Shown here piece after piece: positions 1 to 9,120 of a stretch of 64,000 nucleotides of DNA (its first letter is position 1; each line of letters starts with the position of its first letter). The translations under genes and the position numbers were made by a program. This stretch comes from an uncultured Clostridia bacterium (GTDB taxonomy: Bacteria; Bacillota; Clostridia; Christensenellales; DTU072), in the NCBI GenBank assembly GCA_944363505.1, contig CALVUD010000001.1, positions 85,633 to 149,632 of the forward strand, given 5' to 3'. The notes under the pieces were generated by a model. The model searched no databases. It was not told where the DNA came from and saw nothing but the letters and a program-made list of their open reading frames with translations.

Positions 1-1
1 A

Positions 2-853
2 GCCGTCGGTATCGAAGGAAGTTCGATTTACCTTAAAAAAGGCGAAAAATTCACGCTCGAAGAACTGTTATACGGTCTGATGCTGCGTTCCGGGAACGAC
101 GCGGCGACCGCTATTGCGCTTCACGTCGGCGGATCGGTGGAAAATTTCGTCAAAATGATGAACGATCGCGCCGAAAGCATGGGACTAAAAAACACTTCAT
201 TTGCCAATCCGCACGGTTTAAGCGCCAAAAACCATTACACTTCGGCATACGATCTCGCCGTGATCGCCGCCACTGCGCTCGAAAACGATCTGTTCAAAAA
301 AATTGTTTCCACCAAAAACGTTACCGTACCGGGTAACGAATTCAGAGAAACTCGGTATTTTGCAAATAAAAATAAACTCCTGTATAATTATTCGGGAGCA
401 ACGGGCGTAAAAATAGGCTTTACGACGGAAGCGGGCAGATGCCTGGTAGCCTCCAGCGAAAGAGAAGGCATGGAAGTGGTCGCGGTTGCTTTGAATTATT
501 ACGACTATTTCGACAAGTGCGCCGCGCTGATGGACTACGCTTACGATAATTACCGCATGGAGCGCGTGGTATCTCCGGATTTCGTGTACAAAACGGTCAA
601 AGTCGAAGGCAACCGTAAGATAAAAAGCGCGGATCTGAAAACTTTATCCGCGAAATATTATCCGATAAAAAAAGACGGTTCCGAAAAAGTTTCCCGCGTC
701 GTAGAAGCACCGGACAACATATCTGCGCCGCATAAAGGCTCGGACGCAGTAGGTAAAGTAAAGGTTTTTTTGGGCAACCGCTTGCTTTTCGAGGAAAATT
801 TATATACTATAGATATAGAAAAGAAAGGAATATTTTCTCTGTTCGGAAAATAA
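2..853 (+). CDS. D-alanyl-D-alanine carboxypeptidase (serine-type, PBP5/DacB-like), 5'-truncated by the window edge
   Basis: The frame is open from nt 2, so the listed M at 80 is internal. The translation has LLYGLMLRSGNDAA (SxN box) and VKIGFTTEAG (KTG-like box), typical of class A low-MW PBPs. Confidence 0.85.
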   Translation, partial: AVGIEGSSIYLKKGEKFTLEELLYGLMLRSGNDAATAIALHVGGSVENFVKMMNDRAESMGLKNTSFANPHGLSAKNHYTSAYDLAVIAATALENDLFKKIVSTKNVTVPGNEFRETRYFANKNKLLYNYSGATGVKIGFTTEAGRCLVASSEREGMEVVAVALNYYDYFDKCAALMDYAYDNYRMERVVSPDFVYKTVKVEGNRKIKSADLKTLSAKYYPIKKDGSEKVSRVVEAPDNISAPHKGSDAVGKVKVFLGNRLLFEENLYTIDIEKKGIFSLFGK

Positions 854-867
854 ATTCGGAGAGTATC

Positions 868-1575
868 GTGCGGCTGAACAAATATATCGCTGACGCCGGC
901 GCCGCTTCCAGGAGAGGCGCCGACAAGCTTATCGAAGAAGGCAGAGTCAAGGTCAACGGCAAAAAGGTTACCGAACTCGGATTCGTAATCAACGAATCAA
1001 ACGACACCGTAACGGTTGACGGGGTAAAGCTGAAACCCGTCAACCGTCGCATATACATAATGCTTAACAAGCCGAAAGGCTGCATCACCGCGGTAAAAGA
1101 CGACCGCGGCAGAAAGACCGTAATGGATTACGTCGAATGTACCGACAAACGCGTTTTTCCCGTCGGCAGACTCGATTACGATTCCGAAGGACTGGTTTTA
1201 CTGACAAACGACGGGGATCTGTCCTATAAACTTACGAATTCCGCCAACGGCATAACGAAAACTTACGTCGTAAAAGCCGAGGGCGAACTGAAGTCTGAAC
1301 ATATAACGCAACTGGAAAAGGGCGTAATATTGGACGATAAAATGACAAAACCCGCAAAAGCGCGACTTCTCGCTTACGAAAACGGCATTTCGAGGGTACA
1401 GATCACCATTACGGAAGGACGCAACAGACAGGTGCGCAGGATGTTCGAAGCCATCGGTTTCAACGTGATTTTCCTGAAAAGGACGGAACTGGGCGGGATA
1501 AAGCTGGGCGGCTTGCCGCGCGGAAGCACAAGATTTCTCACGGCAAAGGAGATAGCCGCTTTAAAGGAGCTTTGA
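868..1575 (+). CDS. rluB: 23S rRNA pseudouridine synthase, RsuA/RluB family (S4 domain plus PseudoU_synth_2)
   Basis: N-terminal S4 motif MRLNKYIADAGAASRRGADKLIEEGRVKVNG; catalytic GRLDYDSEGLVLLTNDG; C-terminal GRNRQVRRMF. Confidence 0.9.
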   Translation: MRLNKYIADAGAASRRGADKLIEEGRVKVNGKKVTELGFVINESNDTVTVDGVKLKPVNRRIYIMLNKPKGCITAVKDDRGRKTVMDYVECTDKRVFPVGRLDYDSEGLVLLTNDGDLSYKLTNSANGITKTYVVKAEGELKSEHITQLEKGVILDDKMTKPAKARLLAYENGISRVQITITEGRNRQVRRMFEAIGFNVIFLKRTELGGIKLGGLPRGSTRFLTAKEIAALKEL

Positions 1576-1578
1576 TAG

Positions 1579-2325
1579 ATGAAAATATTGCTGGTCAACG
1601 ACGACGGCTATAAATCCCACGGGATCGTAAAACTTGCGACCGCACTTTCCTCGGAACACGAGGTAGTTGTCGTCGCGCCCGTCAAATGTATGAGCGGCAT
1701 GGCACACGCCATGACTTTCGGAAAGCCCGTCTATCTTAAAAAAATAGAAAAATATCCTTACGAATGTTATTCGCTCAGCGGCACGCCCGCCGACTGCGTC
1801 AAGCTCGGCACGGAATTTTTGAAAAAAAAGCCCGATTTGATCATTTCGGGCATAAATACGGAGCCTAATATTGGCACCACCGTGGTTTATTCGGGAACCG
1901 CTGGCGCCGCCATGGAAGCCTCGCTGCTGGGTTACAGAAGCATTGCCGTTTCTTCAAATCCCGTTACGGAAAGCGATTACGATTACGCTGTCGGTTTTTT
2001 CATGGAAAATCTGGATTATTATCTGTCGCTGTCTTCCGCGGAATACGCTCTGAATATCAACATCAATAACCCTACGGTCGGCAACAAAGCGCATAAAATC
2101 GTTCCGATCGGCGTCAGAAAGTTTACGGATATCTATATTGTCGGCGAATCCGACGAAAGCGGTCTGGAACACACTCTGGTCGGCAATCCCATTCCCGTGG
2201 AAAATGCGGAATTCAGCGACGTTTCGGCATTTGAAAACGGTTTTGCAACCATAACGCCGCTGACTTCGAACCATACCGACTCGGAAGCGTTGAACGCGTT
2301 ATGCCGAAAGGCGGACAAAGCATGA
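1579..2325 (+). CDS. surE: 5'/3'-nucleotidase SurE
   Basis: MKILLVNDDGYKSHGI and GINTEPNIGTTVVYSGTAGAAMEA are SurE signature segments. Confidence 0.9.
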   Translation: MKILLVNDDGYKSHGIVKLATALSSEHEVVVVAPVKCMSGMAHAMTFGKPVYLKKIEKYPYECYSLSGTPADCVKLGTEFLKKKPDLIISGINTEPNIGTTVVYSGTAGAAMEASLLGYRSIAVSSNPVTESDYDYAVGFFMENLDYYLSLSSAEYALNININNPTVGNKAHKIVPIGVRKFTDIYIVGESDESGLEHTLVGNPIPVENAEFSDVSAFENGFATITPLTSNHTDSEALNALCRKADKA

Positions 2326-3560
2326 CCACCGTCGTCGTTATTGGCGCAGGCCCCGCCGGAGTAATGGCGGCGATAACAGCGGCTCAAAACGGCTCTAAGG
2401 TCGTTTTATTGGATAAAAACGAAAAAATCGGCAGAAAGCTTTACATATCCGGTAAAGGCAGATGCAATCTTACGAACGTAGCCGAATTCAACGATTTTGT
2501 TGCAAACATCGTTTCGAATCCCAAATTCGCTTTCGGTGCGCTTAAAGCGTTCTCTAATGCCGACGCAACCGATTTTTTCGTCAAACGCGGCGTACCGCTG
2601 AAAACGGAACGCGGCGGCAGGGTTTTCCCGACTTCGGACAAGGCTTCCGACGTCATCGACGCTTTATATAAAGAACTCGGCGCTTTAGGCGTAAAATTCA
2701 TGCCCAAAACGACTGTCGAAAGCTTTGTCGCGGACGATAACAGGATAACGGCAGTAAAAACTTCGAAAGGCATATTCGGGGGCGACTCGTTCGTTCTCGC
2801 CACGGGAGGAAAAAGTTACCCGTTGACTGGTTCGGACGGTTCGGGATACGCGCTTGCGTCGAGCCTCGGACATACCGTAATCGAACCGGTAGCCGCCTTA
2901 AGCGCGCTGGAGTTAGGTTCCGTTACCGTCGGCAACAGGACGTTTTCGGTTTCGGAAACGGGTCTTCCCGAAGGCGTTTCGCTCAAAAACGTCGAAATTA
3001 CCGCTTTTTTCGGCAATAAAAAGCGCTCCGAGTTCGGAGAGGCGTTATTTACATCCACGGGATTGTCGGGCCCCGTAGTGTTGACGCTTTCTTCGTTCGT
3101 CAACCGCTTTTCCGACATAAAATTAACGGTGGATTTCAAACCCGCGTTGGACGACAAAAAACTCGATCTCAGGTTGCTAAGGGAATTCGAGAACGCCAAA
3201 AACCGACAGCTTAAAAACGTATTGCCGAATCTTCTGCCCGACAGCCTCGCAAAGTGGCTGGCGGCTTTGTTGTCCTTTTCAGACAAACAAGTCAATTCCG
3301 TTACCAAAGACGAAAGAAAGACGCTGATCGAAGCATTGAAGGCATTGGAGTTTTCCGTCAGTTCTTTTGCGCCGATCGAAAACGCGATAGTTACGGCAGG
3401 GGGGATAAAAACAAGCGAAATTGACCCGAAAACGATGAAAAGCAAGCTCATCGAAAACCTTTCGTTTGCAGGTGAAATAATCGACATAGACGCCCTTACG
3501 GGCGGATACAACATACAACTCGCGCTGTCCACGGGATACGTCGCGGGCAAAAACGCATAG
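2322..3560 (+). CDS. NAD(P)/FAD-dependent oxidoreductase, HI0933/YhiN/BaiN-like flavoprotein
   Basis: VVVIGAGPAGVMAAI dinucleotide fold, then GRKLYISGKGRCNLTN and a C-terminal GEIIDIDALTGGYNIQ motif. Start moved to the ATG at 2322, which forms an ATGA overlap with the surE stop. Confidence 0.85.
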   Translation: MTTVVVIGAGPAGVMAAITAAQNGSKVVLLDKNEKIGRKLYISGKGRCNLTNVAEFNDFVANIVSNPKFAFGALKAFSNADATDFFVKRGVPLKTERGGRVFPTSDKASDVIDALYKELGALGVKFMPKTTVESFVADDNRITAVKTSKGIFGGDSFVLATGGKSYPLTGSDGSGYALASSLGHTVIEPVAALSALELGSVTVGNRTFSVSETGLPEGVSLKNVEITAFFGNKKRSEFGEALFTSTGLSGPVVLTLSSFVNRFSDIKLTVDFKPALDDKKLDLRLLREFENAKNRQLKNVLPNLLPDSLAKWLAALLSFSDKQVNSVTKDERKTLIEALKALEFSVSSFAPIENAIVTAGGIKTSEIDPKTMKSKLIENLSFAGEIIDIDALTGGYNIQLALSTGYVAGKNA

Positions 3561-3572
3561 GAGGAATTCACA

Positions 3573-4250
3573 ATGCCGTTGAATATCGCAATAGACGGTC
3601 CGTCCGGCGCAGGGAAATCGACTCTCGCCAAAAAACTTGCTTCAAAACTCGGTATACTGTATCTGGACACGGGCGCTATGTACCGCGGAATAGCGTATTT
3701 CGTGTTGGAAAAAGGCATCGATCCGGCTTTCGCCGATTCGGTCGTGCCGCTTTTAAAGGATATAAACATGGGAATCGAATACGATTCGGCTTCCGGCGTT
3801 CAGCAGATCATAATAAACGGTGAAAACGTAACTCCGTATATCCGCGAACACAGAATAAGCTTCGCCGCCTCCACGGTTTCCAAAATTCCCGAGGTGCGCA
3901 TTAAACTCGTCGAACTTCAGCGTATCATCGCTTCCGAAAACGACTGCGTTCTGGACGGCAGAGATATAGGAAGCTATGTGCTGCCCGACGCGAACGTCAA
4001 GATTTATCTGGACGCCGCGCCCGCGGTCCGCGCAAAACGCAGATACGACGAACTCAGCGAAAAATCGATGCTGAACGGCATGAGTTTCGAAGAAATCCTC
4101 GCCGACGTGAATAAACGCGACTATCAGGACATGCACCGGGATTTCGCCCCCCTTGTCGTCGCCAAGAACGCTGTGGTTTTGGATACTTCGGCAATGACCG
4201 CCGACGAAGTCATGCAAAAAGTTCTCGAAATCTGCGATAAATGCAAATAA
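3573..4250 (+). CDS. cmk: cytidylate kinase
   Basis: IAIDGPSGAGKSTLAKKLA P-loop and YLDTGAMYR. Conserved position upstream of the rpsA-type gene. Confidence 0.93.
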   Translation: MPLNIAIDGPSGAGKSTLAKKLASKLGILYLDTGAMYRGIAYFVLEKGIDPAFADSVVPLLKDINMGIEYDSASGVQQIIINGENVTPYIREHRISFAASTVSKIPEVRIKLVELQRIIASENDCVLDGRDIGSYVLPDANVKIYLDAAPAVRAKRRYDELSEKSMLNGMSFEEILADVNKRDYQDMHRDFAPLVVAKNAVVLDTSAMTADEVMQKVLEICDKCK

Positions 4251-6631
4251 TAGCAACCGAATACAAAGGACTTTGCCCGAGCGTGGAGCGGGCAGTAGCA
4301 ATCGCGCTGAAAGCAAGGGAAGAAACGTCGTCTAATCACAAAGTGGCGACTCTCGGCAGGATCGCGCACAACGATTTCGTTCAGCGGCGGCTTACGGAAG
4401 CGGGAATAGGATGCGTCGATTCGCCGGAATCGCTGTCGGCGGGAGACGTGTTGGTAATTTCCGCGCACGGCGCGCCGAAAGGCGTATATTCTGAATGCAG
4501 AAAGCTCGGCATACTCGTCAGGGACGCGACATGTCCGAATATAGTTAAAATCCACGAAAAAATCGATTTTTATTCAAATTCGGATTATTTTGTTTTAGTC
4601 ATCGGCGACCCTACCCACCGAGAAGTCGCGGCGGATATAAGTTACGCCGCGGCGTCGGCGGCAGCAGGAAACGCCTCGGACGCCGTCAAAGCCGTCTCGG
4701 AAAGCGGCGCGCGCAACGTTTTCGTATGCGCGCAGACCACTTTCGATACGAAAAAATTCAATTTAATCGCAGAATCCATACAAAATTTCGTAAAGAATGA
4801 GAATAAAACGCTTGTCATCCTTAATTCTATTTGTTATACTACAATACGGAAACAAGCGGAGGCGCGTGAACTAAGCTCGATTGCCGACATGACGATCGTC
4901 GTCGGAGACCCGAAAAGTTCCAATACGCAAAAGCTTTTGGGGATCGCTTCCGAAAACCGCAAACCGGTTTACCTTGTCGAGAAAGTATCCGATTTACGAT
5001 CGGTTGCCTATAACAAAACAAATATAACGAAGCTTGCCGTACTGGCGGGCGCGTCGACTCCGAAAGAGTTGACAATGGAGGTCATCTACACAATGGAACA
5101 AAACAAAAACGCCGACACCGCAATCGATGTCAACACCGAAGCGAAGGTTGAAGAAGCCGTCGCCGAAACCGTTACCGAAGAAGTAAAAGCCGACGAAACC
5201 AAAGTCGAAGCCAAAGCCGAAGAAGTCAAGCCCAGAGCCAAAAAGAAAGACGGCGACATCACCACCATGGAGGAGGCGATGAAAGCGGGCTTCGCTCCCA
5301 GATCCTACCGTGAAAATCAACGCGTAAAAGTTACCGTCGAATCCGTCGACCAGACCGGCGTGAACGTATCGCTGAATCTCGGCGGCAAAAACGACGCGGG
5401 CTTTATCGCCGCATCCGAAATGGAACTGGACGGCAGTTTCGACCCCGCCAATTATACTATCGGCGAAGTTTTGGAAGCTATAATCATACCGAAAAACGAT
5501 TCCAAGTCGAAGATCATAAATCTTTCCAAGAAAAAATACGACGAGATACTGGTTGCCGACGCCGCCGTACAACACATTCTCAACGGCGAACAATTCAAAC
5601 TGACCATTTCCGGCGTTACCAAGGGCGGCTTGCTGGGTAAACTCGGTTCTTATACCGTTTTCGTTCCCGCCAGCCAGATCCGTATGGGATTTGTACGTAA
5701 TCTCGAGGATTACGTAGGCAAGGAACTGCGCCTCAGAATGCTTCCTCCCAAGGAAGAAGCCGCAAAAGAGGGCGAAGAGGCGGCTCCCGCCAGAAAACCC
5801 AATCCCAAGCGCATCGTGGCAAGCCAGCGCGTCATTCTCGAGGAAGAGAAAGCGCAGCGCGAAGACGCGTTCTGGGAATGCATGCAGGTCAACAACGTCG
5901 TCAAAGGCAAAGTCAAACGTTTCGCCTCCAAAGACGGCAAATATTTCGGTATCTTCGTATCCGTAATGAACAAAGACTGCCTGCTGCACATTTCCGACCT
6001 CAGCTGGACAAAAGTAGACGACCCCTCCACAGTTTTAAAACTCAACGAATCCTACGAATTCGTGGTGCTGAAAGCGGACAGAGAAAACGACAAAGTATCT
6101 TTGGGATACAAACAGCTCCAGAAGAAGCCTTACGAGATCGCTGCCGAGAAATATCATATCGGCGACGTCGTAAAAGGCAAGGTCGAACGCATCAAGGATT
6201 TCGGAGCATTCATTTCCATCGAGCCCGGTATCGACGGTTTGGTACACGTCAGCGAGATATCTCACAACTATATTAAAAACGCTGCCGACGTCCTGAAGGT
6301 AGGCGACGAAGTCGAAGCCAAGATCATCAACTTCGAAAACAGCAAGATCACGCTTTCCATCAAAGCCGTTCAGGAACCCGAGGTTCAGGAAGCCGAAGAA
6401 AAAACCGAAACCGCGACTGCCGGCGGCTCCAGCCGTATCGACAGCTTCAACAAACGCGCTCAGGCAGCCGACGAAAACGTCAAGGAACGCCGTCGTCGTC
6501 GCGACGACCGCGCGGACGACGAACCGCACGAATACGTTTCTTCCAGCTCCGTGGGAGCGACGATGGCGGATCTGTTCAAGGGCATCGACCTGACGAACTT
6601 CCCCGACTCCAACGACAAAGAAGACAAATAA
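4241..6631 (+). CDS. ispH: bifunctional 4-hydroxy-3-methylbut-2-enyl diphosphate reductase (IspH/LytB) fused to ribosomal protein S1 (four S1 domains)
   Basis: The N-terminal ~290 aa carry the three IspH cysteine contexts (GLCPSVERAV, ATCPNIVKIH, NSICYTTIRKQ) and the IAHN and SAHG motifs. An acidic Ala/Glu/Lys linker follows. Then come four S1-like repeats, for example GDVVKGKVERIKDFGAFISIEPGIDGLVHVSEIS. Confidence 0.9.
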   Translation: MQIIATEYKGLCPSVERAVAIALKAREETSSNHKVATLGRIAHNDFVQRRLTEAGIGCVDSPESLSAGDVLVISAHGAPKGVYSECRKLGILVRDATCPNIVKIHEKIDFYSNSDYFVLVIGDPTHREVAADISYAAASAAAGNASDAVKAVSESGARNVFVCAQTTFDTKKFNLIAESIQNFVKNENKTLVILNSICYTTIRKQAEARELSSIADMTIVVGDPKSSNTQKLLGIASENRKPVYLVEKVSDLRSVAYNKTNITKLAVLAGASTPKELTMEVIYTMEQNKNADTAIDVNTEAKVEEAVAETVTEEVKADETKVEAKAEEVKPRAKKKDGDITTMEEAMKAGFAPRSYRENQRVKVTVESVDQTGVNVSLNLGGKNDAGFIAASEMELDGSFDPANYTIGEVLEAIIIPKNDSKSKIINLSKKKYDEILVADAAVQHILNGEQFKLTISGVTKGGLLGKLGSYTVFVPASQIRMGFVRNLEDYVGKELRLRMLPPKEEAAKEGEEAAPARKPNPKRIVASQRVILEEEKAQREDAFWECMQVNNVVKGKVKRFASKDGKYFGIFVSVMNKDCLLHISDLSWTKVDDPSTVLKLNESYEFVVLKADRENDKVSLGYKQLQKKPYEIAAEKYHIGDVVKGKVERIKDFGAFISIEPGIDGLVHVSEISHNYIKNAADVLKVGDEVEAKIINFENSKITLSIKAVQEPEVQEAEEKTETATAGGSSRIDSFNKRAQAADENVKERRRRRDDRADDEPHEYVSSSSVGATMADLFKGIDLTNFPDSNDKEDK

Positions 6632-6643
6632 TCAACATTAACG

Positions 6644-6673
6644 CGGGGCTACCGAAAGTAGCCCCGGTTTTTT
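6644..6673 (+). terminator. rho-independent terminator after ispH-rpsA
   Basis: CGGGGCTAC-CGAAA-GTAGCCCCG perfect 9-bp stem followed by GTTTTTTG. Confidence 0.85.
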
Positions 6674-6699
6674 GATTTTAATTTCAAGGAAACCGCGAC

Positions 6700-8142
6700 A
6701 TGACTGATTACGGCATATATAACAATCCTTTGGTAACGCGCTACTCAACGCGCGAAATGAGTCATACGTTTTCGGACGAACACCGAATAGGACTTTTCCG
6801 CAGGCTGTGGCTCGCGCTGGCGAAGGGCGAAAAAGCGCTCGGTCTTAACATAACCGACGAGCAGATCGCCGAGATGGAGACGCATCTGGACGACATCGAT
6901 TTCGAACTTGCGAAAGAACGCGAAAGAATCGTCCGCCATGACGTTATGGCGCACGTCTATACCTACGGCGTCGCTTGTCCCAAGGCTGCGCCTATAATAC
7001 ACCTCGGAGCCACCAGCTGTTATGTTACAGACAACGCCGACATCATTATTTACCGCGAAGCGTTGGAGCTGGTGCGCGACAAACTTGTCGCGGTAATGGC
7101 AAGATTAAAGGATTTCGCTATTAAATACCGTAAAACGCCCACACTCGGATTTACGCACCTTCAGGCGGCGCAACTTGTTACCGTGGGCAAGCGCGCTGCG
7201 CTGTGGCTCGAGGATCTTTTGCTCGACTACGAAAACATTTCTCATACCGTGTCGAATATGGTAATGCGCGGCGTCAAAGGCACTACGGGCACTCAGGCGA
7301 GTTTCCTTTCGCTGTTCGACGGCGACCACAATAAGGTCAAGGCGCTCGACGAATATGTGGTCAAGGCGTTCGGGTTCAGGTCGTCTATACCCGTTTCGGG
7401 GCAGACATACACCAGAAAGATAGATTATTTCATCCTTTCGTCTCTTTCGGGACTTGCTCAGAGCGCTTATAAATTCGCTCAGGACATACGCTTGCTGCAA
7501 AGCAAAAAGGAAATGGAAGAACCTTTTAACGAAAAGCAGATCGGTTCTTCGGCAATGGCATACAAGCGTAATCCCATGCGCTCGGAAAGAATATGTTCTC
7601 TCGCCAGATACCTCGTTTCTCTGCCGCAAAACGCAGCCGATACCGCATGCGTGCAGGGCTTCGAACGCACTCTGGACGACAGCGCCAACAGGCGTATAGT
7701 TATGGGCGAAGCGTTCATGACTGCGGACGGTATACTCGAACTCATGATGAACGTTACCAACGGACTGGTCGTATACGAAAAAGTCATCGACAGCCATATC
7801 AGGGAAGAAATTCCGTTTATGGCAACGGAAACTATACTGATGGAATGCGTCAAGGCGGGCGGCAACCGTCAGGAACTTCACGAGAAGATCCGCGTTCATT
7901 CCATGGCTGCCGAGAAAAACTCCCGAATGACCGGAAAGCCCAACGACCTGATTTCGCGGCTGAAAGCCGATCCGGCGTTCGCAGCGGTAAAAGATTTCAA
8001 AAAACTTATGAACCCGAAGCTGTTTGTGGGCAGAGCTCCGGAACAGGTTTCGGAATTTATTTCCAAACACATAAACCCGATTCTCAAAAAACATTCTTCC
8101 GCTGTGGAAAAATACCTCAAAGGCGGAGATATAAAATGTTAA
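6700..8142 (+). CDS. purB: adenylosuccinate lyase
   Basis: 480 aa. Fumarate-lyase family signature GSSAMAYKRNPMRSE and an N-terminal YSTREMSHTFSDEHRIGLFRRLWLALAK typical of long-form PurB. Confidence 0.93.
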   Translation: MTDYGIYNNPLVTRYSTREMSHTFSDEHRIGLFRRLWLALAKGEKALGLNITDEQIAEMETHLDDIDFELAKERERIVRHDVMAHVYTYGVACPKAAPIIHLGATSCYVTDNADIIIYREALELVRDKLVAVMARLKDFAIKYRKTPTLGFTHLQAAQLVTVGKRAALWLEDLLLDYENISHTVSNMVMRGVKGTTGTQASFLSLFDGDHNKVKALDEYVVKAFGFRSSIPVSGQTYTRKIDYFILSSLSGLAQSAYKFAQDIRLLQSKKEMEEPFNEKQIGSSAMAYKRNPMRSERICSLARYLVSLPQNAADTACVQGFERTLDDSANRRIVMGEAFMTADGILELMMNVTNGLVVYEKVIDSHIREEIPFMATETILMECVKAGGNRQELHEKIRVHSMAAEKNSRMTGKPNDLISRLKADPAFAAVKDFKKLMNPKLFVGRAPEQVSEFISKHINPILKKHSSAVEKYLKGGDIKC

Positions 8143-8172
8143 CGAACGAACCTGATCAAAGACTGTTTAACG

Positions 8173-8202
8173 TCGGCGCGGAATAACCCGCGCCGATTTT
8201 TT
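8173..8202 (+). terminator. rho-independent terminator after purB
   Basis: TCGGCGCGG-loop-CCGCGCCGA stem followed by TTTTTTAT. Confidence 0.8.
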
Positions 8203-8260
8203 ATTTAATATGGAAAATGCGCCATAGGAGAAATGTATAAAACCGGTTATATGATTTCCG

Positions 8261-8291
8261 ATAAAAAGCGCGCGGTGAAAACCGCGCCTTT
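8261..8291 (-). terminator. terminator hairpin downstream of the XRE gene (possibly bidirectional)
   Basis: On the minus strand, GGCGCGGT-TTTC-ACCGCGCG(C) is followed by TTTTTAT. On the plus strand it is flanked by an A-run and CTTTCTT. Confidence 0.6.
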
Positions 8292-8334
8292 CTTATAAAA
8301 TAATTATTACTTTATAACAATAAAATGAGCAATT

Positions 8335-8538
8335 TCACATATTGTGATAATCGTCGAACAAATCGTTCGGCGTACATTCCAGAATATCGCAAAGCGCTTT
8401 CAGATTTTCGAATTTTATCGAACTCGTTTCGTTATTTATAAGACGGTTGAAATTCTGGTAGCTTAAGCCCAGCCTGATGTACAGCCAGTATTTTGTTTTC
8501 TTTTTTTCATTCAATATTTCGCATATTCTTAACTTCAT
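8335..8538 (-). CDS. small XRE/Cro-CI family helix-turn-helix transcriptional regulator (67 aa)
   Basis: MKLRICEILNEKKKTKYWLYIRLGLSYQNFNRLINNETSSIKFENLKALCDILECTPNDLF is the canonical short HTH_XRE layout. The ATG at 8538 is preferred over the TTG at 8553 used in the ORF track. Confidence 0.85.
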   Translation of the reverse strand: MKLRICEILNEKKKTKYWLYIRLGLSYQNFNRLINNETSSIKFENLKALCDILECTPNDLFDDYHNM

Positions 8539-8570
8539 TTCACACCACAACAAAGCCCGATATTATTCGC

Positions 8571-8645
8571 ACATTATATAATGTATACATTTTATTCAAA
8601 TTAAATCATTGACATATAGACTTATGCGTTATATAATGTACACAT
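8571..8645. promoter_or_regulatory. candidate operator region: 14-bp perfect palindrome plus a 17-nt direct repeat overlapping both divergent -10 boxes
   Basis: ACATTATATAATGT (8571-8584) is a perfect palindrome. TTATATAATGTATACAT (8574-8590) recurs as TTATATAATGTACACAT (8629-8645), matching 16/17. Confidence 0.5.
8609..8637 (+). promoter_or_regulatory. consensus sigma-A type promoter for the first TM2 gene
   Basis: TTGACA (8609-8614), 17 nt spacer, TATAAT (8632-8637). Confidence 0.7.
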
Positions 8646-8717
8646 AAGATATAGTTTTTGATTAAATTGTAATCAAAAATTATAAATGCTAAATAATTTT
8701 GCTTTACGGAGGTTAAT

Positions 8718-9056
8718 ATGGAGAGAGAAAGAGCAATCGAGATCCTGACGGCGTTTTCGTCCAAGATCCCGTCTGAAAAAGTTCCCGCACTGAGAGCGGC
8801 GTTAAAACGCGCGCCCGATTCGGCATGGAGCGACGTATTTTCGGTCAAAACGTACAGCGTAACGACGACCGTTTTGCTCTCCGTATTCCTCGGCGGACTC
8901 GGAATAGACCGTTTTTACATAGGCGACGTGGGATTGGGCATTGCCAAACTTCTCCTCGGATGGCTGACATTAGGGATCTGGCCGCTGATAGATATCTTCG
9001 TATCGTACCGTAAAGCCAGAATAAAAACTTTTGACAACATAATGAGCGTACTGTAA
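8718..9056 (+). CDS. TM2 domain-containing membrane protein (paralog 1)
   Basis: LLSVFLGGLGIDRFYIGDVGLGIAKLLLGWLTLGIWPLIDIF is the TM2 two-helix motif with the DRFY core. GGAGG RBS lies 6 nt upstream. Confidence 0.85.
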   Translation: MERERAIEILTAFSSKIPSEKVPALRAALKRAPDSAWSDVFSVKTYSVTTTVLLSVFLGGLGIDRFYIGDVGLGIAKLLLGWLTLGIWPLIDIFVSYRKARIKTFDNIMSVL

Positions 9057-9060
9057 ACAT

Positions 9061-9095
9061 AAATTCGGCGGTAACCAGTCCGCCGAATTTATTTC
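9061..9095 (+). terminator. rho-independent terminator after TM2 paralog 1
   Basis: AAATTCGGCGG-TAACCAGT-CCGCCGAATTT perfect 11-bp stem followed by ATTTC. Confidence 0.7.
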
Positions 9096-9120
9096 ACGAA
9101 GCAATTTTTTAAACGGAAAA

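Noticed and set aside
4994-5989. Very long ORFs antisense to real genes. Examples: 4994-5989 opposite rpsA, 7105-8094 opposite purB, 2816-3769, 33899-34825 opposite pheT, 42383-43444 and 41267-42052 opposite infB, 40515-41369, 54198-54902, 60386-61099, and 62039-63064 opposite tsf/pyrH.
   Set aside because: All lie codon-aligned opposite strongly identifiable housekeeping genes. Their translations are low-complexity (Phe/Arg/Gly/Val-rich) with no family resemblance. They are explained by the host's avoidance of TTA, CTA and TCA codons, which removes stops from the antisense frame. They have no RBS or promoter support.
8233-8298. 21-aa ORF (MYKTGYMISDKKRAVKTAPFL) between purB and the XRE gene, preceded by AGGAG.
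   Set aside because: The SD-to-ATG spacing is only ~2 nt and the ORF ends inside a terminator hairpin. It cannot be supported from sequence alone.
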